A DNA stretch of 64,000 nucleotides from Casimicrobiaceae bacterium (GCA_044226265.1 JBGAHH010000006.1:6556-70555), one strand, 5' to 3'. Shown: positions 45,047 through 57,641, numbered from the stretch's first letter. Made by a program: numbers and translations. Notes: generated by a model not told the origin, from the sequence alone.

Positions 45047-45466
45047 ATGGCTTACAGCGACAAGGTTCTCGATCACTACGAAAATCCGCGCAACGTCGGC
45101 TCGTTCGCGAAGGACGACGCCGCGGTGGGCACCGGGATGGTCGGCGCGCCCGCGTGCGGCGACGTGATGAAGCTTCAGATCAAGGTCGGCAAGGACGGGC
45201 TCATCGAGGACGCCAAGTTCAAGACCTACGGCTGCGGCTCCGCGATCGCGTCGTCGTCGCTCGTCACCGAGTGGGTGAAGGGCAAGACCCTCGACCAGGC
45301 GATGTCGATCCGGAACACCGCGATCGCGGAGGAGCTCGCGCTGCCGCCGGTGAAGATCCACTGCTCGATCCTCGCCGAGGACGCGATCAAGGCCGCGGTG
45401 GCCGACTACCGCAAGAAGCACGGCGAGGCGACCGCGCCGGCGGGCGAGAAGCTCGCGGCGGACTGA
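45047..45466 (+). CDS. iscU: Fe-S cluster assembly scaffold IscU
   Basis: [49 protein letters not shown] motifs. Confidence 0.97.
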   Translation: MAYSDKVLDHYENPRNVGSFAKDDAAVGTGMVGAPACGDVMKLQIKVGKDGLIEDAKFKTYGCGSAIASSSLVTEWVKGKTLDQAMSIRNTAIAEELALPPVKIHCSILAEDAIKAAVADYRKKHGEATAPAGEKLAAD

Positions 45467-45468
45467 CG

Positions 45469-45792
45469 ATGGCGATCACGATCACCGAGAACGCCGCGAG
45501 GCACGTCGCCTCGCAGCTCAAGCGCCGCGGCAAGGGCGTCGGGCTGAGGCTGGGCGTCCGGACGTCCGGCTGCTCGGGGCTCGCGTACAAGCTCGAGTTC
45601 GCCGACGAGCGCAAGCCCGAGGACGTCGAGTTCTCGGAGCACGGCGTCACCGTGCTCGTCGATCCGAAGAGCCTGCCCTACCTCGACGGCACCGAGCTCG
45701 ACTTCGCGCGCGAGGGCCTGAACGAGGGCTTCAAGTTCCGCAATCCCAACGTCAAGGGCGAGTGCGGCTGCGGCGAATCGTTCAACGTTTGA
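45469..45792 (+). CDS. iscA: Iron-binding/Fe-S carrier protein IscA
   Basis: 107 aa. GCSG...CGCGESF C-terminal Cys motif. Confidence 0.95.
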   Translation: MAITITENAARHVASQLKRRGKGVGLRLGVRTSGCSGLAYKLEFADERKPEDVEFSEHGVTVLVDPKSLPYLDGTELDFAREGLNEGFKFRNPNVKGECGCGESFNV

Positions 45793-45828
45793 CGCCGGGC
45801 GATCCGCGCGCATCGCCCCCGCACGACC

Positions 45829-46353
45829 GTGCTGGACTTCACGCGCAACCACTTCGAGCTGTTCGGGCTGCCGGCCCGCTACGCGATCGACGCGTCCGCG
45901 CTCGATGACGCGTATCGCACGCTGCAGCGCGCCGTGCACCCGGACCGGCACGCCGCCTCGGACGACGCGTCGCGGCGGCTCGCGCTGCAGGCGGCCGCGC
46001 GCGTGAACGAGGCTTACCGCACGCTCGGCGACCCGGTCGCCCGCGCGCGCTACCTGCTCGCGTTGAAGGGCGTCGAGGCGCTCGACGAGGCCGACACCGC
46101 GCTGCCGGCGGACTTCCTCGAGCGGCAGCTCGAGCGGCGCGAGCGCGCGTCGGACGCCGCCGAGGCGGGCGACGAGGCCGCGCTGGAGGCGCTGCTGCAC
46201 GAGGTGCGCGGCGAGGCGGCCGCGACCGGCGCCGCGCTCGCGTCCATGCTCGACGCGCCGGTGCCCGCGCGCGAGGCGCGGGATCGCGTGCGCGAGCTCA
46301 CCTTCCTCGACAGGCTCGCGCGCGACGTCGACGCGATGCTGGCGGAGGCGTGA
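45829..46353 (+). CDS. hscB: Fe-S protein assembly co-chaperone HscB
   Basis: GTG start. J-domain NHFELFGLP...LQRAVHPDR. Confidence 0.9.
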   Translation: MLDFTRNHFELFGLPARYAIDASALDDAYRTLQRAVHPDRHAASDDASRRLALQAAARVNEAYRTLGDPVARARYLLALKGVEALDEADTALPADFLERQLERRERASDAAEAGDEAALEALLHEVRGEAAATGAALASMLDAPVPAREARDRVRELTFLDRLARDVDAMLAEA

Positions 46354-46483
46354 GCGTGGGCGGCGAAGGGATGCTTCGCACCGTCGGGCGCGCCGTGGTC
46401 GCGGCCGGAGACTGGACGCGCGTCGCCGACGGCTACGACGGGCTGTCGTCGGGCCGCGCGGTCGCCGCGACGGAGAGGACCTG

Positions 46484-48349
46484 ATGGCGCTCTTGCAGAT
46501 CGCGGAGCCCGACGAGCGCCCGGCCGAGCGGCCGCGCAAGCGCGCGATCGGCATCGACCTCGGCACGACGAACTCGCTCGTCGCCACCGTGCGCGCGGAC
46601 GGGATCGCGATCGTGCTGCCCGACGCGGACGGCCGCACGCTCGTGCCGTCGATCGTCCACTACGGCGCGCCGGGCGTCGAGGTCGGCTACGACGCCGTCC
46701 CCGCGCAGACGGCCGATCCGCAGAACACGCTGGTGTCGGTCAAGCGGCTGATGGGACGCGGGCTCGCGGACCTCGCCGACGCCCGGCGCTTCCCCTATCG
46801 CTTCGTCGACGCGCCGGGCATGGTCCGGGTCACGACGCGCGCGGGCGACAAGTCGCCGGTCGAGGTCTCGGCCGACATCCTGCGCGCCCTGCGTGCCCGG
46901 GCCGAGGCTCAGCTCGGCGGGCCGATCGAGGCGGCGGTCGTCACCGTGCCCGCGTATTTCGACGACGCGCAACGCCAGGCGACGAAGGACGCGGCGCGCC
47001 TCGCCGGATTGCCGGTGCTGCGCCTCCTGAACGAGCCCACGGCCGCGGCGGTCGCCTACGGGCTCGACCACGGCGCCGAGGGCACCTACGCCGTCTACGA
47101 CCTCGGCGGCGGCACGTTCGACATCTCGATCCTCAAGCTCACGCGCGGCGTGTTCGAGGTGCTCGCGACCAACGGCGATTCGGCGCTCGGCGGCGACGAC
47201 TTCGACCACCGCGTGTTCTGCTGGATCCTCGAGGCCGCGCGCGTGCCGCCGCCCTCGCCGGAGGACGCGCGGCTCCTCCTGCTGCGCGCCCGCGAGGCGA
47301 AGGAGATGCTGACCGGCCACGACGCCGCGCCGATCGTGGCGACGCTGTCGACGGGGCAGCGCATCGATCTCTCGCTCACCGCGGCGGCCTTCTCGTCGAT
47401 GACGCGCACGCTCATCGACAAGACGCTCGGGCCGGCGCGCCGGGCGTTGCGCGACGCCGGGCTCGCGGCGACCGAACTCGACGGCGTCGTGCTGGTCGGC
47501 GGCGCGACGCGGATGCGCGAGGTGCGTCGCGCGGTCGCCGAGTTCTTCGGCCAGACGCCGCTCACGAACCTCAATCCCGACGAGGTCGTCGCGCTGGGCG
47601 CCGCGATCCAGGCGAACGCGCTCGCCGGCAATCGCGCGCGCGGCGACGACTGGCTGCTGCTCGACGTGATCCCGCTGTCGCTCGGCCTCGAGACGATGGG
47701 CGGGCTCGTCGAGAAGATCGTGCCGAGGAACGCGACGCTCCCGGTGACGCGCGCGCAGGACTTCACGACCTGGAAGGACGGGCAGTCCGCGATGGCGATC
47801 CACGTCGTGCAGGGCGAGCGCGAGCGCGTCGCCGACTGCCGGTCGCTCGCGCGCTTCGAGCTGCGCGGCATCCCGGCGATGGCCGCCGGCGCGGCGCGCA
47901 TCCGCGTGACGTTCCAGGTCGACGCGGACGGGCTGCTCTCGGTCGCGGCGCGCGAGCAGACGACCGGCGCCGAGGCGTCGATCGCGGTGAAGCCGAGCTA
48001 CGGCCTCTCCGACGACGAGATCGCCCGGATGCTGCGCGAATCGTTCGACCACGCGGCGGACGACATGGCGGCGCGCGCGCTGGGCGAGGCGCGCGTCGAG
48101 GCCGACCACATCGCGATGGCGGCCGAGGCGGCGCTCGCGGCGGACGGCGACCTGCTCGCGCCCGACGAGCGCGCGTCGATCGACGCCGCGCTCGCGGCGA
48201 TGCGCGAGGCGCGCAACGGCGACGACGCGGCCGCGCTGCGCGCCGCGGTCGAGGCCGTCAACCGCGCCACCGCGGACTTCGCCGCGCGGCGCATGGATCG
48301 CGGCGTGCGGCGCGCGCTCGCGGGGCGCACCGTCGATTCGATCGCCTGA
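46484..48349 (+). CDS. hscA: Fe-S protein assembly chaperone HscA (Hsp70 family)
   Basis: MALLQIAEP...[19 protein letters not shown] and the remaining Hsp70 architecture. Confidence 0.95.
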   Translation: MALLQIAEPDERPAERPRKRAIGIDLGTTNSLVATVRADGIAIVLPDADGRTLVPSIVHYGAPGVEVGYDAVPAQTADPQNTLVSVKRLMGRGLADLADARRFPYRFVDAPGMVRVTTRAGDKSPVEVSADILRALRARAEAQLGGPIEAAVVTVPAYFDDAQRQATKDAARLAGLPVLRLLNEPTAAAVAYGLDHGAEGTYAVYDLGGGTFDISILKLTRGVFEVLATNGDSALGGDDFDHRVFCWILEAARVPPPSPEDARLLLLRAREAKEMLTGHDAAPIVATLSTGQRIDLSLTAAAFSSMTRTLIDKTLGPARRALRDAGLAATELDGVVLVGGATRMREVRRAVAEFFGQTPLTNLNPDEVVALGAAIQANALAGNRARGDDWLLLDVIPLSLGLETMGGLVEKIVPRNATLPVTRAQDFTTWKDGQSAMAIHVVQGERERVADCRSLARFELRGIPAMAAGAARIRVTFQVDADGLLSVAAREQTTGAEASIAVKPSYGLSDDEIARMLRESFDHAADDMAARALGEARVEADHIAMAAEAALAADGDLLAPDERASIDAALAAMREARNGDDAAALRAAVEAVNRATADFAARRMDRGVRRALAGRTVDSIA

Positions 48350-48357
48350 GGACCGCC

Positions 48358-48696
48358 TTGCCCGAGATCGTCGTCCTGCCGCACGCCGAGCTCTGCCCCG
48401 AAGGCAAGACCTTCGAGGGCGAGCCGGGCAAGTCGATCTGCGACAACCTGCTCGACCACGGCGTCGAGATCGAGCACGCCTGCGAGAAGTCGTGCGCCTG
48501 CACGACCTGCCACGTCATCGTGCGCGAGGGCGGGGCGTCGCTCGAGCCGGCTTCCGAGGACGAGGACGACCTCCTCGACCGGGCGTGGGGCCTCACGCCG
48601 CAGTCGCGCCTGTCGTGCCAGGCGATCGTCGCGGGCGAGCCTCTGGTCGTCGAGCTCCCGCGCTACACGATCAACTACGCGAAGGAGCGCAAGTGA
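48358..48696 (+). CDS. fdx: ISC-system [2Fe-2S] ferredoxin Fdx
   Basis: TTG start. PEIVVLPHAELCPEG..., CEKSCACTTCH...LSCQ cluster ligands. Ends PRYTINYAKE, like E. coli Fdx. Confidence 0.9.
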   Translation: MPEIVVLPHAELCPEGKTFEGEPGKSICDNLLDHGVEIEHACEKSCACTTCHVIVREGGASLEPASEDEDDLLDRAWGLTPQSRLSCQAIVAGEPLVVELPRYTINYAKERK

Positions 48697-48884
48697 AGTG
48701 GACCGATTCGCAGGCGATCGCGATCGCGCTCGCCGACGCGCATCCGGACGTCGACCCGCGCCGCGTCAACTTCGTCGACCTGCGCGACATGGTCATCGCG
48801 CTCGACGGCTTCGCCGACGACCCGAAGCGCTCGGGCGAGAAGATCCTCGAGGCCATCCAGATGGCCTGGATCGACGAAACCTAG
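48693..48884 (+). CDS. iscX: Fe-S assembly protein IscX (YfhJ)
   Basis: GTG overlaps the fdx stop (GTGA). KWTDSQAIAIALADAHPDVDP..VNFVDLRDMV pattern. 63 aa. Confidence 0.85.
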   Translation: MKWTDSQAIAIALADAHPDVDPRRVNFVDLRDMVIALDGFADDPKRSGEKILEAIQMAWIDET

Positions 48885-49006
48885 AAGCGGCGATCGGAGT
48901 TGGGAGAAGCGCGGCGACGGCTCCGGACCTTCATGAGCGCGGCGCCGCGGCTGGGCGTTCGCGAGGCCCTTCATCGCGCATCTCCCATCTCCCGCCTTCG
49001 CCCTTC

Positions 49007-49870
49007 TCAGTTGAACAGGTTGAGCACGGCATCCAGGCCGCCGTGGTCGATCGCGTGCGTCGCCTGCGCGCGCACGACCGGCTTGGCGCGGTAGGCGATC
49101 GACACGTCGGCCTCGCGCAGCATCGGCAGGTCGTTCGCGCCGTCGCCGATCGCGACGACGAGGCCGCCGTCGCGCGCGTTCGCATCCCGCATCGACGCCA
49201 GCGCGGCGGCCTTGCGGCGAGCGTCGACGATCTCCCCCAGCACGCGCCCGGTCAGGCGCCCCTCGACGACCTCGAGACGGTTGGAGACGGTCGCGTCGAG
49301 CCCCAGGCGGTCCTTCAGGCGGTCGGTGAAGTGCGTGAAGCCGCCCGAGACGAGCAGCGTCTTCGCGCCGACCGCGCGCACGGCGGCTAGCAGCGCCTCG
49401 GCGCCCGGCGACAGCTTGAGGCGCTCGCGGTAGACCGCGTCGAGCACGTCGACCGGCAGGCCCTCGAGCAGCGCCACGCGGCGCGTCAGGCTCGCGGCGA
49501 AGTCGATCTCGCCGCGCATCGCGCTGGCGGTGACCGCCGACACCTCGTCCTTCACGCCTGCGTAGTCGGCGATCTCGTCGATGCACTCGATCGTGATCAG
49601 CGTCGAGTCCATGTCCATCGCGAGCACCGCGATCGACGCGAGCCTGCGGTCGCGCGGCACGACCGCGCAGTCGAGGCCGGCCGCCGCGCAGGCCTCGCGG
49701 ACGCCGCCGGCGTCGTGCACGCCGCGCAGCCGCCACGCGACGACGGTCGAGCCCGGCCGCGCGGGGATCGCCTCGATGGCGTCGGGGTCGGTGATCGCGG
49801 CGAGCGTGGCGACCTCGTCGCCGTCGATCGTCGCGCCCTGGACGACGACGTCGAGCGCCGAGCCGGTCAT
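49007..49870 (-). CDS. serB: Phosphoserine phosphatase SerB
   Basis: Start MTGSALD at 49870 overlaps the rnr stop (ATGA). HAD motifs LAMDMDSTLI, VSGGF, GDGANDLPML. Confidence 0.9.
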   Translation of the reverse strand: MTGSALDVVVQGATIDGDEVATLAAITDPDAIEAIPARPGSTVVAWRLRGVHDAGGVREACAAAGLDCAVVPRDRRLASIAVLAMDMDSTLITIECIDEIADYAGVKDEVSAVTASAMRGEIDFAASLTRRVALLEGLPVDVLDAVYRERLKLSPGAEALLAAVRAVGAKTLLVSGGFTHFTDRLKDRLGLDATVSNRLEVVEGRLTGRVLGEIVDARRKAAALASMRDANARDGGLVVAIGDGANDLPMLREADVSIAYRAKPVVRAQATHAIDHGGLDAVLNLFN

Positions 49871-52065
49871 CGCGGGGCGCGGCGCGGCCCGCGCGGCCGG
49901 TCGTCGCGCGACAGCGGCTGCGAGACGGCGGGGTGCGACGCGTCGCCGGCCTCGGCCAGCGTGAAGTCGATGCGGCTCTGCTCGAGGTCGACGCGCGCGA
50001 CGCGCACGCGGACCCGGTCCGCCAGCCGGAACGCGAGGCCGCTGCGCTCGCCGGTGAGCGCGTGGCGGGCGGCGTCGAACCGGAAGTAGTCGCGCGGCAG
50101 CTCGGTCACGTGCACGAGGCCGTCGACGTTGAGGCCGTCGAGCGTCACGAAGATCCCGAAGCTCGCGACGCCGCTGATCGTGCCGTCGAACGCCTCGCCG
50201 ACCTTGTCCTGCATGTACCAGCACTTGAGCCAGGCCTCGACGTCGCGCGTCGCGTCGTCGGCGCGTCGCTCGGCGAGCGAGCAGTGCTCGCCCAGCTCGG
50301 CCCAGTTCGTGCCCGACGGCTGGTAGCGTTTCCCGGCGAGGGTCGCCTTGATCGCGCGGTGCACGGTGAGGTCGGGGTAGCGCCGGATCGGCGAGGTGAA
50401 GTGCGCGTACGCCTCGTAGGCGAGGCCGAAGTGCCCGACGTTGTCCGGACGGTAGCGCGCCTGCTGCAGCGAGCGCAGCAGCACCGTCTGCAGCAGCGGG
50501 AAGTCGGGACGCCCCTTGATCTTCTCGAGCAGCTTCGCGTAGTCCATCGCGGTCGGCTCGTCGCCGCCGGAGAGCGAGAGCCCGCTCGCGCCGAGGAACG
50601 CCTTGAGCTGCTCGAGCTTCTCCGGCGTGGGCCCCTCGTGGACGCGGTAGAGCGCCGGGTGCCCCGCCTTCGCGAGCATGTCGGCGGCGCAGACGTTCGC
50701 CGCGAGCATGCACTCCTCGATCAGCTTGTGCGCGTCGTTGCGCGGCGCGGGCACGATCTTCTCGATCTTGCCGTGCGCGTCGAACACCAGCGCGAGCTCG
50801 ACGGTCTCGAAGTCGATCGCGCCGCGCTTGTCGCGGCTCGCGTCGAGCACGCGGTAGAGCGCGTGCAGCGCCTGCAGGTGCGGCAGCAGCGCCTTCGCGC
50901 GCGCGTCCTTCGCGGTCGCCGGATCCGAGAGCCAGCCCCACACCTCGGTGTAGGTCAGTCGGGCGCGCGAGTGCATGACGGCCGGGTAGAACCGGTAGCG
51001 GCGGACGGCGCCGGTCGCGGCGATCTCCATGTCGGCGACCATGCAGAGGCGATCGACCTCGGGCTTGAGCGAGCACAGCTCGTTGCTGAGCTCCTCGGGC
51101 AGCATCGGGATCACGCGGCGCGGGAAGTACACCGAGGTCGCGCGCTCGCGCGCGTCGCGGTCGATCGCGTCGCCGTCCTTCACGTAGTGCGAGACGTCGG
51201 CGATGGCGACGACGAGCCGCCAGCCCTTGCCCTTGTGCTCGCACCACACCGCGTCGTCGAAGTCCTTCGCGGTCTCGCCGTCGATCGTCACGAGGGGCAG
51301 CCCGGTGAGGTCGACGCGGCCCGCGCGCTCGCTGTCCTGCACCTTCGCGGGAAGCCTGCGCGCATGCGCCGCCGCCGCCTTCGAGAACTCGAAGGGAAGC
51401 GCGTGCTTGCGCAGCGCGATCTCGATCTCGATGCCGGGGTCGGTGGCCCGCCCGAGCACCTCGGTCACGCGCGCGATCGGCTCGCGCTCCGCGGTCGGGT
51501 ACTCGACGATCTCGACGACGACGACGTCGCCGGGCTTCGCCTTGCCGCGGTCCTTCGCGGGGACGATCAGGTCCTGCGCGATGCGCCGGTTCTCGGCGAC
51601 GACGAAGTGCACGCCGCGCTCCTCGTGCAGCCGCCCGACGACCTCGCGGCGCGCGCGCTCGAGCACCTCGACGACCTCGCCCTCGGGCCGGCCGCGGCGA
51701 TCGGTGCCGGTGACGCGCACGCTGGCGCGGTCGCCGTGCAGCGCCTTGTGCATCTCGCGCGCGGGCAGCGCGACGTCGGGGCCGCCGTCGTCGCGGATCA
51801 GGAAGCCGTAGCCGTCGGGATGCCCTTCGAGGCGGCCCGCGACGAGGTCGAGCTTGGCCGCGATGCAGAGCTGGCCCTTGCGGTTGACGAGGAGCTCGCC
51901 GCGGTCGTGCAGGTGCGCGATCTCGTCGTCGAGCGCGCGGCGCCCCCGGCGGTCGAGCGCGAGGCGCTCGGCCAGCTCGTCGGGCGAGAGCGGGACGCCG
52001 GCGTCGGCGAGCGCGGCGAGTATCGACGCGGCGGTGGGGGCGGAGGGGGGCTGCTTCTTTGACAA
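49867..52065 (-). CDS. rnr: Ribonuclease R
   Basis: 732 aa. RNB core (TIDGETAKDFDDAV, YFPRRVIPMLPE, HFGL..YAHFTSPIRRYPD) and C-terminal S1 domain. The predicted start is TTG at 52065, which is uncertain. Confidence 0.9.
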   Translation of the reverse strand: MSKKQPPSAPTAASILAALADAGVPLSPDELAERLALDRRGRRALDDEIAHLHDRGELLVNRKGQLCIAAKLDLVAGRLEGHPDGYGFLIRDDGGPDVALPAREMHKALHGDRASVRVTGTDRRGRPEGEVVEVLERARREVVGRLHEERGVHFVVAENRRIAQDLIVPAKDRGKAKPGDVVVVEIVEYPTAEREPIARVTEVLGRATDPGIEIEIALRKHALPFEFSKAAAAHARRLPAKVQDSERAGRVDLTGLPLVTIDGETAKDFDDAVWCEHKGKGWRLVVAIADVSHYVKDGDAIDRDARERATSVYFPRRVIPMLPEELSNELCSLKPEVDRLCMVADMEIAATGAVRRYRFYPAVMHSRARLTYTEVWGWLSDPATAKDARAKALLPHLQALHALYRVLDASRDKRGAIDFETVELALVFDAHGKIEKIVPAPRNDAHKLIEECMLAANVCAADMLAKAGHPALYRVHEGPTPEKLEQLKAFLGASGLSLSGGDEPTAMDYAKLLEKIKGRPDFPLLQTVLLRSLQQARYRPDNVGHFGLAYEAYAHFTSPIRRYPDLTVHRAIKATLAGKRYQPSGTNWAELGEHCSLAERRADDATRDVEAWLKCWYMQDKVGEAFDGTISGVASFGIFVTLDGLNVDGLVHVTELPRDYFRFDAARHALTGERSGLAFRLADRVRVRVARVDLEQSRIDFTLAEAGDASHPAVSQPLSRDDRPRGPRRAPR

Positions 52066-52087
52066 CGTTGGAATGTCCTTGTAAAAT
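52059..52087 (+). promoter_or_regulatory. Near-consensus sigma70 promoter for tRNA-Leu
   Basis: TTGACA (52059-52064), 17-nt spacer, TAAAAT (52082-52087). The tRNA starts 33 nt downstream of the -10 box. The -35 box overlaps the rnr start codon on the other strand. Confidence 0.6.
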
Positions 52088-52119
52088 AACGAGTTCAGTG
52101 CGCGCTGTCGGGCGTGGAT

Positions 52120-52204
52120 GCCCAGATGGCGGAATTGGTAGACGCACCAGTTTCAGGTACTGGCGGGTAACACCGTGGAGGTTCGAGTCCTCTTCTGGGC
52201 ACCA
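52120..52204 (+). tRNA. tRNA-Leu (anticodon CAG), CCA encoded
   Basis: Acceptor GCCCAGA/TCTGGGC, anticodon arm CCAGT-UUCAGGU-ACTGG, long variable arm, T-arm GGAGGTTCGAGTCCTC. Confidence 0.95.
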
Positions 52205-52236
52205 GTCCCGACCGCGCACGCAGCACCGCACCACCG

Positions 52237-52260
52237 ACGCCCGCGAACGCGGGCGTTTTC
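52237..52260 (+). terminator. Terminator hairpin after tRNA-Leu
   Basis: ACGCCCGC-GAA-GCGGGCGT 8-bp stem followed by TTTTC. Confidence 0.6.
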
Positions 52261-52313
52261 ATTCGCGCGGCCGACGTCCGGATGCCGGGGCGCCGCGCGA
52301 GGGCCATGGCCGG

Positions 52314-52838
52314 TCAGTCCGACGCGACGCCCGCCGACGCGAGCCGCGCCGCCAGCGCATCCGGCCGCATCCGGTCGTAGATCTCGAACGGCTGGTGGAT
52401 CCACGGGTTGTCCGGCAGGTAGTCGACGTGGAAGTCCGGCCGGAACACCGAGCACGCCTTCCACCAGAGCACCGCGGTCTTGAGCTCGCGCATGTGCGCG
52501 AAGCGCTTCGGCAGCGTGTCGACGACCTTCGCGAGCGTGTGGCCCGAGTCGACCATGTCGTCGACCAGGAGCACGTGGCTGCCGAGCTTCGGCGAGGTCA
52601 TCGTCATGTGCTCGGCGATCACGAGGTCGCCGCGCACGGTGCCGCCGTCGGCGGCGTACGAGTGCGTCGACAGGATCGCGAGCGGCTTCTCGTAGATGCG
52701 CGAAAGGACGTCGCCGACGCGCAAGCCCCCGCGCGCGATGCAGATGATCTGGTCGAACGCGTAGCCGGACTCGTGGACGACGAGCGCGAGCCGCTCGATC
52801 AGCGTGTGGTACTGCTCCCAGGTCACGTGCAGGCTCAC
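52314..52838 (-). CDS. Phosphoribosyltransferase (purine PRTase-like)
   Basis: 174 aa. PRPP-binding motif HVLLVDDMVDSGHTL. Confidence 0.8.
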   Translation of the reverse strand: MSLHVTWEQYHTLIERLALVVHESGYAFDQIICIARGGLRVGDVLSRIYEKPLAILSTHSYAADGGTVRGDLVIAEHMTMTSPKLGSHVLLVDDMVDSGHTLAKVVDTLPKRFAHMRELKTAVLWWKACSVFRPDFHVDYLPDNPWIHQPFEIYDRMRPDALAARLASAGVASD

Positions 52839-52884
52839 GGAGCGGCTCCCCGGCGCTTCGAAGGCGACCAGTGTACTTGGGCGG

Positions 52885-55178
<2,294 letters not shown>

Positions 55179-55186
<8 letters not shown>

Positions 55187-55367
55187 TGCGCAGCACCAGG
55201 AACGCGGCGAGCCCCATCAGGATCGACGCGAGGCCGATGAACCGGACCTGCCCGTCGCTCATCTCGGTCAGCTTGCGGAACGTCTCGCGCCAGGCGCGCG
55301 GCGCCAGGAACGGCATCAGGCCTTCGACGACGAGCACGAGCGCCAGCGCCGCCCAGAGCGTGTCCAC
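55179..55367 (-). CDS. DUF2065-like small membrane protein
   Basis: 62 aa, two hydrophobic segments, LVVEGLMPFLAPRAWR motif. Conserved position after hflC. Confidence 0.7.
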
Positions 55368-55453
55368 CGCGACGTCTCCACCGGGCGGCTACGACGCCGC
55401 GGTGGCGCCCGCCCGCCGGCGAGCGGGGCCGCGGATCACGCGTCGGAGCGACG

Positions 55454-56350
55454 TCATTTCGGGGACGGCGCGCGGGCGCCGTCCCTCCCGCCGCTCTGCC
55501 GGAAGTAGCGGAAGAACTCGGACGACGGATCGAGGATCAATACGTCGCCGCGGCTGCGGAACGACGCCTTGTACGCCTCGAGGCTGCGGTAGAACGCGAA
55601 GAACTCCGGGTTGACGCCGTAGGCCGCCGAGTAGATCGCGGCCGCGCGCGCGTCGCCGTCGCCCTTGATCTTCTGCGCCTGGCGGAACGCCTCGGCCAGG
55701 ATGACCTCGCGCTGACGGTCGGCGTCCGCGCGGATCTTCTCGCTCTCCGCGCCGCCCTGCGACCGCAGCTCGTTCGCGACGCGGCGGCGCTCCGATTCCA
55801 TCCGCGCGTACACCGGGCCCAGCACGTCGGGCGGAAGCTCGACGCGGCGCAGCCGGACGTCGACGACCTCGACCCCGATCGACTTCGCGTCGCTGTCGGC
55901 CTTGGTGCGCGTCGTGGACATGATCTGGTCGCGCTGCGTCGAGATCGCCTCGTGCATCGAGCGCTTGTTGAATTCCTCGGCGAGGTTCGCGCGCACGGTC
56001 TGCGTCAGGCGGCGGCGCGCCGCCTCCTCGTCGCCCTGCACCGACACGTAGAACTTGCGCACGTCGCTGATCCGCCAGAGGACGACGAACTCGACGAGCA
56101 GCGGCTTCTTCTCGGAGGTCGTGACGCGGTCCGGCTCGGGGATCTCGAGCGTCAGGTTGCGCTGGTCGAAGTACTTGACGTTCTGCACCAGCGGCAGCTT
56201 GAAGTACAGGCCGGGTTCGGTGATCACCTCGACCACCTCGCCCAGCTGGAACTTGATCGCGTTCTGCGTCTGGTGGACGGTGAACAGCGCCTGCGACGCG
56301 ACGAGGATCGCGGCGACGACGATCGCGAGGAGCGGCATCGTGAACTTCAT
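55454..56350 (-). CDS. hflC: Protease modulator HflC
   Basis: SPFH/band-7 domain with N-terminal TM; follows hflK. Confidence 0.95.
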   Translation of the reverse strand: MKFTMPLLAIVVAAILVASQALFTVHQTQNAIKFQLGEVVEVITEPGLYFKLPLVQNVKYFDQRNLTLEIPEPDRVTTSEKKPLLVEFVVLWRISDVRKFYVSVQGDEEAARRRLTQTVRANLAEEFNKRSMHEAISTQRDQIMSTTRTKADSDAKSIGVEVVDVRLRRVELPPDVLGPVYARMESERRRVANELRSQGGAESEKIRADADRQREVILAEAFRQAQKIKGDGDARAAAIYSAAYGVNPEFFAFYRSLEAYKASFRSRGDVLILDPSSEFFRYFRQSGGRDGARAPSPK

Positions 56351-56354
56351 CGCG

Positions 56355-57554
56355 TCAGCCCCCCCGGTCCCGGCGCAGCGAGTCGCGCGAGCGCTGCGCG
56401 TCGCCCGCCGTGGGCGCGTCCGCCGGCGTCGTCGCGCGCGCGCCGCCCGGCGGCAGCGGCTCGGCGGCCGGCGGGCTCGCCGGGGCGCCGCCGTACTGCA
56501 TCAGCTTGTCGAGCGGCAGGCCGAGCAGGTTGCCCGCCTTCGGCTCGACCACGACCTTCGACGTCGGCCCGAGCACCGACTGCATCATGTCGAGGTACAG
56601 GCGCTCGCGCGTGACGCCCGGCGCCTTCTGGTACTCGACGACGATCTGCCGGAAGCGCGCGGCGTCGCCTTCGGCGCGCGCCACGATCGACGCCTGGTAG
56701 CCCTGCGCTTCCTCGAGCAGCCGCGCGGCGTTGCCCCGCGCGCGCGGGATGACGTCGTTCGCGTAGGCCTGGCCTTCGTTCTTCAGGCGCTCGCGGTCCT
56801 GGCCCGCCTTGACCGCGTCGTCGAACGCCGCCTGGACCTTCTCGGGCGGCTGCACGTTCTGGAGCGTGACCTTCTGGACGAACACGCCGGTCCGGAATCG
56901 GTCGAGCATGTCCTGCAGGAGCTTCTCGGTGTCGCGCGCGATCTGCTCGCGGCCCTCGTAGAGCACGAAGTCCATCTGGACCTTCGCCGTGACCTCGCGG
57001 ATCGCGGATTCCGCGGCCCAGGCGACGATCAGCTCCGGCTTGCGGTTGCGGAAGACGAAGTCCTCGGCGTTCTTGACGTTGTACTGGACCGCGAACTGGA
57101 TGTCGATGATGTTCTCGTCGTCGGTGATCATCACCGCTTCGCGGTCGACGCGGTTCTTCGGCGTGTTGCGGTAGCCGATCTCGATCGTGCGCACCTGCGA
57201 GAAGTCGACGAGCTCGACCGCCTCGATCGGGAACGGCATGTGCCAGCGCGGCCCGGGCAGCGTGGTCTCGGTGTACTTGCCGAAGCGCGTGACGACGCCG
57301 CGGCGGCCCTCGTCGACGATGTAGAAGCCGCTCGCGAACCACACGACCAGCGCGAGCGCGACGAGCAGCCCCGCGCCCGACAACGGCACGCCGATGCGCG
57401 GGCGCGGCTCGCCGGGCGGCAGCTCGGGACCGCCGCCGCGGCGCCCGAACATGTCCGAGAGGCGCCGGTTGACCTTGCGCCAGATCTCGTCGAGGTCGGG
57501 CGGGCCGCCCGAGTTACCGCCTCGCTTGCCCCACTGGGGATCGTTGAGCGACAT
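56355..57554 (-). CDS. hflK: FtsH protease activity modulator HflK
   Basis: MSLNDPQWGKRGGNSGGPPDLDEIWRK N-terminus, TM, SPFH domain. Confidence 0.95.
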   Translation of the reverse strand: MSLNDPQWGKRGGNSGGPPDLDEIWRKVNRRLSDMFGRRGGGPELPPGEPRPRIGVPLSGAGLLVALALVVWFASGFYIVDEGRRGVVTRFGKYTETTLPGPRWHMPFPIEAVELVDFSQVRTIEIGYRNTPKNRVDREAVMITDDENIIDIQFAVQYNVKNAEDFVFRNRKPELIVAWAAESAIREVTAKVQMDFVLYEGREQIARDTEKLLQDMLDRFRTGVFVQKVTLQNVQPPEKVQAAFDDAVKAGQDRERLKNEGQAYANDVIPRARGNAARLLEEAQGYQASIVARAEGDAARFRQIVVEYQKAPGVTRERLYLDMMQSVLGPTSKVVVEPKAGNLLGLPLDKLMQYGGAPASPPAAEPLPPGGARATTPADAPTAGDAQRSRDSLRRDRGG

Positions 57555-57641
57555 GCTGCCGTTGTGCCTGGATCGATTGCCGGATCGCCGGCGCGGGGCC
57601 GGCGGCGTGTCGGGCCGAAGCGGGCGGAAGGCGGGGAGGGA

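Noticed and set aside
49007-52234. 1075-aa minus-strand ORF suggesting one giant protein
   Set aside because: Only its last 287 codons (from 49870) encode SerB. Upstream it runs in an alternative frame of rnr, whose own frame (49867-52065) carries the RNB/S1 motifs.
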